From the human T2T-CHM13v2.0 reference genome, Homo sapiens, in assembly GCF_009914755.1 (NCBI RefSeq), contig NC_060927.1: DNA of 64,000 nt; one strand, 5' to 3'. The translations under genes were made by a program, and so were the position numbers. The notes under the pieces are model-generated. The model had not been told where the DNA came from and did no database searches. It saw only the letters and a list, made by a program, of their open reading frames with translations. Shown one piece after another: positions 52,329 to 64,000 of the stretch. The first letter of the stretch is position 1. Every line of letters starts with the position of its first letter.

Positions 52329-53432
52329 GTATGTGTGTGTGTGTGTGTGTGTGGTCACTTCTTTATTTCTGATACAAATGTACATGACACATGTCTTGAC
52401 AGTCAGCCCACCCAGCACCACACAGGTAGGGCATGGCTCCCGGGGAAGAGGCAGGGTGGGAAGAGAGCTGGTGGGTGCTGCCGTCTGCCTCTCCAGCCTT
52501 CCCAGTCTGCAGCCAGGTTCCCAGGCCTCCAGAAGGTGGGACCACAGCAGGTGCAGGTAGTGATGGTGGGTGCTGGCCTCCCAGGGGTTATGGGGAGGGG
52601 ACTCAGCTCCACAGCCACCAGCTGAGTCGGGGACCCCGGGGGAGCCAGCCCCAGGCTCAGGTGCTCAGTCCTCCACCCTGGCCAGCACACATTCCCCCTC
52701 CACATGGGAGCGGGAGGAGAGATGGAGGGAAGCGGTTTTCAATTTAAGTTCATAGAGAAGGGACATGAGCAGGGGAGGGATCAGGGAGGGAGCAGACAGG
52801 ATCAAAGCTAGTTACCCGGGCAGTCCCTGGTTGCAGGTGGGGAAGGGAAGCTAACTAACCCCCACGCTGGTCCCCTCACCCCTCAAAACTGCAGATGGAC
52901 CAGGCCTCCGGAACGGCACTGCCGCCCGCACATTCAGCTGGCACTCAGGGACACTTAGTTACCACAAAGTTAAAATTAAGGGGTGGGGAAGAAGAAAGCA
53001 AAAGAAAAAAGACGTTCCAGTGTTTGCTGCTGGGGACCCCACCACACAGGTTGGGCCTGTGTCCTAGGCAGGGGCCCTTTGGCATTAAAGGAGAGCAGCA
53101 AGGGGCTTGTGGCTACAGGGCGAGGACATCCACGGAGACTATGAAAAAAGGAGGGGATGCCCCTGCTCAGCCCCTGATAGGGTTGAACTGGCTCATGGGG
53201 TTGGGGCACGTGTAGGGAGAGCTGCCCCACTTGGAGTGTCCCCACCCGCCCCTTTGCTGAGGGTGCCCAAGAGGGCGAGGGGCTGGGAGTGATGCCTTGC
53301 AGGCCCCTGCTCACTAGGAGGGAGGAGAGGGGGATGTGTATGGAATATGGGGGACAGAAACTCCTGCCACCCCACCTCCCCATCTTTCGGGCTTGACGGG
53401 GGTGGGCACCAGGGCACTTGGCTGCCAGGGGG
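52329..53432 (-). pseudogene. 5'-truncated processed retrocopy of a GC-rich mRNA 3'UTR (tentatively GIT1)
   Basis: Minus-strand AATAAA (tttatt 52362-52367) about 10 nt before a (CA)n tail; TSD tgggtta(g/t)ctgatt at 52313-52326 and 53433-53446; GC-rich, non-repeat. Parent identity is from recall only. Confidence 0.8.
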
Positions 53433-53542
53433 TGGGTTATCTGATTCTAAGGGAGCTATTCTACGACTCCATAAATTATAGGTAACTAATGGGAACTTAA
53501 AATGATTCTCATCTATAGACATGCAAATGACCCCTTCACCTC

Positions 53543-53878
53543 TGTCTTAGTGTGTTTGGGTTACCATAATAAAGTGCCACACACTGAGTGGCTTAAACAC
53601 CCGAAATTTATCTTTTCACTGTTCTAGAGGCTTGAAGTCTGAGATCAAGGTGCTGTCTAGGTTGATTTCCTCCAAGGCCTCACTCTTTGGCTTGTAGATG
53701 GCTGTCCTCTCTGTGTCTTCTCATGGTCTTCCCACTGTATGTGTCAAACTCAAACTTTTCTTATAAAGGAACCAGTGATACCGGATCAGGACCCACCCTA
53801 ATGACCTACACATTTTGAAGTACTGGCTGTTAGGACTTCAACATATGAATTTTGGGTAACACAATTCAGCCCATGACA
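53543..53878 (-). mobile_element. MLT1A-like LTR
   Basis: tgtcttagt..ggcttaaaca..gaagtctgagatcaaggtg..aggacttcaacatatgaatttt..acaattcagcccatgaca. Confidence 0.8.
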
Positions 53879-54596
53879 CCTCCAAGCCAGTTTTGTATCC
53901 ATTTGCTCATTCATTTCAACATTCCTTTACTCCATATAAATTTGTGCTTTATTTTTTTTTACTTATCTGAACTTATTGTAACATCTTACCAGTTTCCTCA
54001 TTACAGAGTTAAATAAAATCTTTAACATGTATTCATTTTTATTTCTGTATGACAATCATGATTTTACCATTTTTTTTTCTTTGAGGTTATCCATTAATAT
54101 AACCCAGAATGTCACAATGAGATAAAAGAACCTGAGGCTTATTTTAGAAATTCTGGTTCCAGAAGCAAAAGTTCTCTGCAAGAGCCCTCTCTCCTTTTGT
54201 TCTCTTATGAAACACATATCAGACAGAAGAACCCCTAAACAGAGGGCTGCCTGGGGTGGTGGCAACCCCAGAAGGCAGCTAGCATTTCCTTGGGAGTTTG
54301 GTTAAGGGGCATGGGGCCAGCTGACTATTGTGTAATTTTAAACCAGTTCACCCCGCCCTGCCTCTCCCATCTGCATTGCACTGCCAGCTGTCATGTCCAT
54401 TCCTGCTACCAGGAGAAGCTGTTGGAGAGGGAGGGAGGAGAAAGCCAGGAGCCAAAACAACCAGGGAAAGCTTCAGCGGTTCACCTGCTAGTTGTGCAGA
54501 GTGCTGAGCCTCAGGGGCCATCAGTGCAAATGTGCATTCCAGAGGCACACCCAAAGCAGGCACCACTTTAGAGTCCCTGTACTAACAACTCCCCTC

Positions 54597-54730
54597 CGAG
54601 GGTTGCCAGATAAAATGCAGGATATCCAGTCAAGTCTGAATTGCAAATAAGCAAAGAAAAATTGTTTTCTTGTATAAGTATGTCCCAAATATTTCATGAG
54701 ACATACTTATAGTAAAAAATTATCTGTAGT
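54597..54730. mobile_element. MER53-like DNA transposon remnant
   Basis: agggttgccagataaaatgcagga..tataagtatgtcccaaatatt. Confidence 0.65.
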
Positions 54731-57667
54731 ACATGAGAATAGATAATTGATGAAGAATTGTCTGTGGTCATGATTAGTTAAAATGCCACGAAACTCCTGC
54801 ACACACACTGAGGGCCCCACATGGGTTATGTGCATCTGAATCTGACACGAATCTGTCAAATCTGTCCTCGGATACAGCTTCTGGATATTTTTTGCAGCAA
54901 GTCCATGTGCTTGTTCTCACCTAAAGATTGTTGGCTGGTTGGTGCTGTCAATATCACCACTACTATCAGCAATAATAATAACACAAGAAAAGCTTCCATT
55001 TAGTGAGCACATACTATGTGCCAGGCACTGTCACTGGCACTTTTTGTGAATTACTTCCAATATTCACAAAGATCCTGTCAAGTAGGTATAATCATCTGCA
55101 CATTATAGATGAAGAAAGGAAACCCCAGAAGTTAACTGACCTGCCCAAGGATACAGTAAGTGTTGAGTTAACCCAGCTCTATTTGACAACACTTAGCAAA
55201 GAGGTCACTGGTTTCTCAAAGTAGGAACTGCTTCTGTTCCTATTCCCTAAAATGTCTCCTATGGGGCTTAGAAAGAGGTAGTGAGCTAAGCCCATGGAAG
55301 AAACAATTTTTGAAAAATATATTTTAATCCCTAAATGGACTGGCAGGGCTGGGATGATAGTGAGGCACCTAGGGCACAATATTTAAGGCAGCACTCCCTC
55401 TCAGGGTCGTGCGAGTGCAATGGCAAAATCTGCACAAACCTGACAGTGCAAGCATCCTTAAATTTTGCACCTTAGAATCCTCATTCCACTCACCCTAATT
55501 CTGGTGCGAGGTTGTCCAGAATTGGTCCAGAATTGTTGTAGATGATGGAAATGAAGCACAAGACAAACCAAGCCTACTCTGAATATGTCCCCCCACCCCC
55601 CCAGGATTATTGGATATTTTACATTTTACCCTATGGCTGGATATCCTTATTAGCCAATTTGGATCTATACTTTTTCTTGATTCTCTTGTTACCTTTTAAT
55701 TGATGCGAGGACCAAGTGGCACAATGTCCTAGGGGTATTTAGGAACCAAACTTCAGTTTCCCCTCCTTTAGTTTTTAGAAGAATTTCTCCAAGGTTTATG
55801 CTTTAGAATCCTTGCTTTTAACTGTAAAATTAGGACTCGTGAACCCCTTATTACCTCTCCCTGAAAGTGGAAAGTTACAGCCAGGCTACAAGACACAACC
55901 AGATTGGATCTCGGTGAACGCTGTTTTAACAAATGCCAGTGGAATGAGTGGGAGAAGGCTAATCTGGCGCATGTCATAACCAGTGAGGCAGCAGACAATG
56001 GAGAAAGAGCAGCTCAACCAAACAAACATTCAGATGCTCTTGTCTGCACCTTGCTTCCAGGGAGCGGTGTGCCCTCCAGGCTTGGCCTCTGCTTGGTTGT
56101 GTTTTAGGGCAAGGCCCATAAAACAGCACAGCAGACACTGTGATGCAGAGCTTTGTCCAGACATGTGGATTTTTCAACATCATTATACCTTTTCATGTCT
56201 TCGTCAGCAACATTTACTGTTACAGTTCCATGTTTGATCAATTCTCACTTAGTTCTTTTTTTTTTTTTTCTGGAGATGAGTCTTGCTCTGTCGCCCAGGC
56301 TGGTGTGCAGTGGCGTGATCTTGGCTCATGCAACCTCCACCTCCTGGGTTCAAGCAATTTTCCTGCCTAAGCCTCCCAAGTAGCTGGGACTTCAGGTGCC
56401 TGCCACCACACCCAGCTCTCAGTCACTCAGTTCTGACACGCAGTTTGTGGACTATCTGGTCACCTTGACTGTCCCCTCCACAGCTCATTTTTGGTGATTT
56501 TGTCATTCACTGTGCCCCACTCCATTGTGTGTAGAGATGGAGAAAGGAAGAAAAAGAAATGCATCCATTTGATTTTGGAACAGGAATTTAAGAAGGTCAA
56601 AGTCATTAATTGAAATCTGGATACTCTAAGAACTTACATAACATATTCTGCCTACCTTCTCTCGACCTCTTTCTTTTCTTTTTTCTTTCTCTTTCTTTCT
56701 TTCTTTTCTTCCTTCCTTCCTTCTTTCTTTCCTTTTCTTTTTTTTCATAACCATAGACTAATTAGCTCAGCTAATGTGCCTTGGACGTTGCAACGAGTTG
56801 ACCGTTTTCCTTCTGTATAACACTCACATCACACAGGAGCAGATCACCTCCATCAGCCCTTTCACATTCCCTACATGGTAAGTGTCTGGCCAGTAAAAGT
56901 TACTATGAGGCCAGCGTGGCTTCACACAGGAAAGAAGGAAGGACAGTGGGAAAGATTGACGAGCAAAATGGAGTTCTGACTCAAAGAGGGGACCGTGACC
57001 ATGCTGAAGATTGAATTTGGAAGAAATTCCGGAGACAGTGTGTTTCACGAGTTCTTCTCTGTCATGGAAGAGGTGGCTTCTCCTTTGCTTGGCCCCAGTG
57101 TGCTGGAGCTGATTGTGCTCACCTCTTCTGGACTCCACATTTGGATTGACACCAGATTGACAGCTTGAAACAGACACAGTGGGTGTATTTGCATCACAAA
57201 ATAGGCAAATCCTACAGATTGGAATTTGTTTCTTTCTGCAGAGCCAGTTGTTAGCATTTACCAGTACATCACTGACTTGTCCCTGAAATATATTCTGGTT
57301 GGTCAGTTGTGCCTCTGCCCAGGACTCAGCAGGGTCTCCCCCAAGCTTTGGTTCCATTTGCAGAGAGCCGGTGAGGCTGTATGGGAGAAACCAATAGAGG
57401 AGTCGAAAGCCATCCCCCATGGGAGACACTCAGCAGGCAGAAAGGTGAAGAAATGCCCCTCAAAAGCTGGATGCAAGGCTTCCAATATCTAAAAGATGAC
57501 AGTAAGGTCATGAAAGTCAGGGGCGAGCACCAGAGCTGCAACAAAAGGAAAGGACGCACAGAGAAGAAAACAAGGCTGAGTGGTCTGTAACCTGAGTGCA
57601 CAAATTCTACGTATTAACCCAAGAGCTTGCATCATTGCCTCACAAAATAGGTTCATTAAAAATGTCA

Positions 57668-57954
<287 letters not shown>

Positions 57955-58346
57955 TCAAAAAAAAAAAAACAAAAAAAAAGCTATGAAGCTAATGTCAGCA
58001 TGTGATTTGATGAAAGTCACTTTGAATTATTGGGATCTGCTACCTTCTTTCATATTCACTCTAGCAAATGTGACTCATTTATCTGCAGAGACACAAAACA
58101 CACAGAGAGTTAAAAGTGTTCCCCGCTGGCTCCCGAGAAAGATGGCCTTCTGATGGGATCCTGTCCTTCAGGCACAAACGTCCTCCCAAGCACCTACCAC
58201 AAACCTAAGCCACATGGGCCCCAAAGCCACAATCATGAGCTGCTGAATATTACTGAGAAAACACTGGCACTCAGATTGCACTCTGTCCTCCCTCCTGCCC
58301 TGTAAGCTGTTCTGTAAGGGTATTTGGAGGGTAAGGTACTAGGATG

Positions 58347-59453
<1,107 letters not shown>

Positions 59454-59925
59454 GTTCTTGGCCTTGGAATTTAAGAATTTTCTGAAGCCTTAAAAGTTAG
59501 GAAAAACAGGTCAATTATTCCATGAAGGAATAACTATAAATTTCACTAATGAGCAAACCACCTCCCCTACTTTCCAACCATGACCTTCTTCTTGCCCCAG
59601 GCCTTCTACTTTTTAGGCCTTTTGGGAAGAGGGACATGAGAGGAAGGAGAAAGGGGTTTATAAGGCAGCCTACCCAACAGCCATCTCTACTTCCTTGCAC
59701 ACAGAGGCCAAATATTGCCCACGGAAGACATGTGCCCTTGCCCCAGGCGGTGAATCATGATTGGTCTGAGCCCAATACCCACTTTGCCAATGATTGGGCT
59801 AGGCAGTCATGTGACCTCATCCTGGCCAATGAGAATTAACCAAATGTTTGTGGGGTTGCTTATTGGATGGGTTTTCTTTGCTCAAATAGGAGAGAACCAT
59901 ATGAAGTAAACCCCTATGCCGCCCC

Positions 59926-61105
<1,180 letters not shown>

Positions 61106-62097
61106 GCGAGTGTGGGACGCATGTCACTCCCTTTACGGAAGTGGGCTGCTAGGCCTATAACGCGGCCAGAGCCCCCAAAGTGAGAGCCAATGGGGCTGGA
61201 GGACTCCCTGCGCAGTGGCAGGGGGCACAGAGGCACTTGCACGTGTGCGCTGCCTGCTCACTACCAACCCCTTCACAAACCCTGGGACCAGTTATCCAAG
61301 TAACAAAGTGTTACTCAGGGCTCCAGCACCAAAACCATGAGAAACGCAAACAATTAGCGAGTCATCGTAGGAAAAACGAAAATGTGGTTTTTTGTTTGTT
61401 TGTTTGTTAACTTTCTCACTGTAATTCAGAGTTGAGCATGATTTGGATTTAGATTACATAAATCTATGGTAAGAGGCACCACCATATTTTCAGTGTTCAG
61501 AACCTCAAGCAATGGAATCACATAGTGGCTAATGGCACAGGCTCTGGGTCCAGGCTGCCTAGCTTTGAATCCTGGTTCCACCACCTTCTAGTTCTGTGAC
61601 TTTGGGCAAGTCACTTGATCTTTTTTGGCCCTTTCCCATCTCTAAAATAGGGGTGATGATGCTAACAGGACCTGCCTGTTAGGGTTGTGTGAGGCTTAAA
61701 TGCCTATATACACATAATGTCTACACAGTGCCTGGCACAGAGTGGATGCTATAGATTTTTAAGTGGTTGCTGTTATTGTTATTATTATTGTTGTTGTTGG
61801 AACTTCTATACATCTCAATGTGATCCTGGATCTCTGCCACCTGGCAACAAGGAAGTGACTTGACCCCATAGCCCACCAGACAGAGGCCACTCCAGGGTTT
61901 TTGACTGGCAGCAGTGAGACGCCCTTCCTGTGCCATGAGGCTATGAGCTGACATGCCCAGGATTCAGGTTAGAGGCCTGAGAGGAGTGGGCCCAAGGACC
62001 TGGGGGACCCTTTGCACCCCAGCATCCCTCTTTACCTCTGCCTCTGCCTGCCTTCCTTTGGGGGATCACAAGAGCCAACTACTTCCCACATGCACTT

Positions 62098-64000
<1,903 letters not shown>

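Noticed and set aside
56824-57492. 201-aa minus-strand ORF
   Set aside because: No recognisable protein features; probably chance or an old repeat

Overview
Human (or great-ape) genomic DNA containing the complete coding region of GRK7, the cone opsin kinase (3q23 by recognition). It has four coding exons on + (3513-4124, 5606-6043, 32875-33149, 42010-42346; 1662 nt = 553 aa + stop, ending in CaaX CLLL). The rest is intron, 3'UTR and downstream intergenic DNA dense in Alus (about 50 copies), MaLR/ERV LTRs, L1/L2 and hAT remnants. Almost all other ORFs in the track are Alu or low-complexity artefacts. Most notable structures: (1) just past the likely GRK7 poly(A) signals, an MSTA LTR is split by an Alu fused through its A-tail to a 5'-truncated, L1-processed HERV-W env + U3-R + poly(A) retrocopy, with one target duplication around both. 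(2) A TSD-flanked 1.1-kb 3'UTR-only retrocopy on the minus strand, tentatively GIT1, whose poly(A) became (CA)n. (3) A consensus internal 5' splice site inside coding exon 3 and a recursive-type AG|GTATGT at the start of exon 2. (4) An orphan intragenic CpG island. (5) Local duplications, including direct repeats bracketing exon 3. No wholly new gene system is demonstrable from sequence alone. Repeat family names come from recalled consensus sequences and boundaries are approximate.
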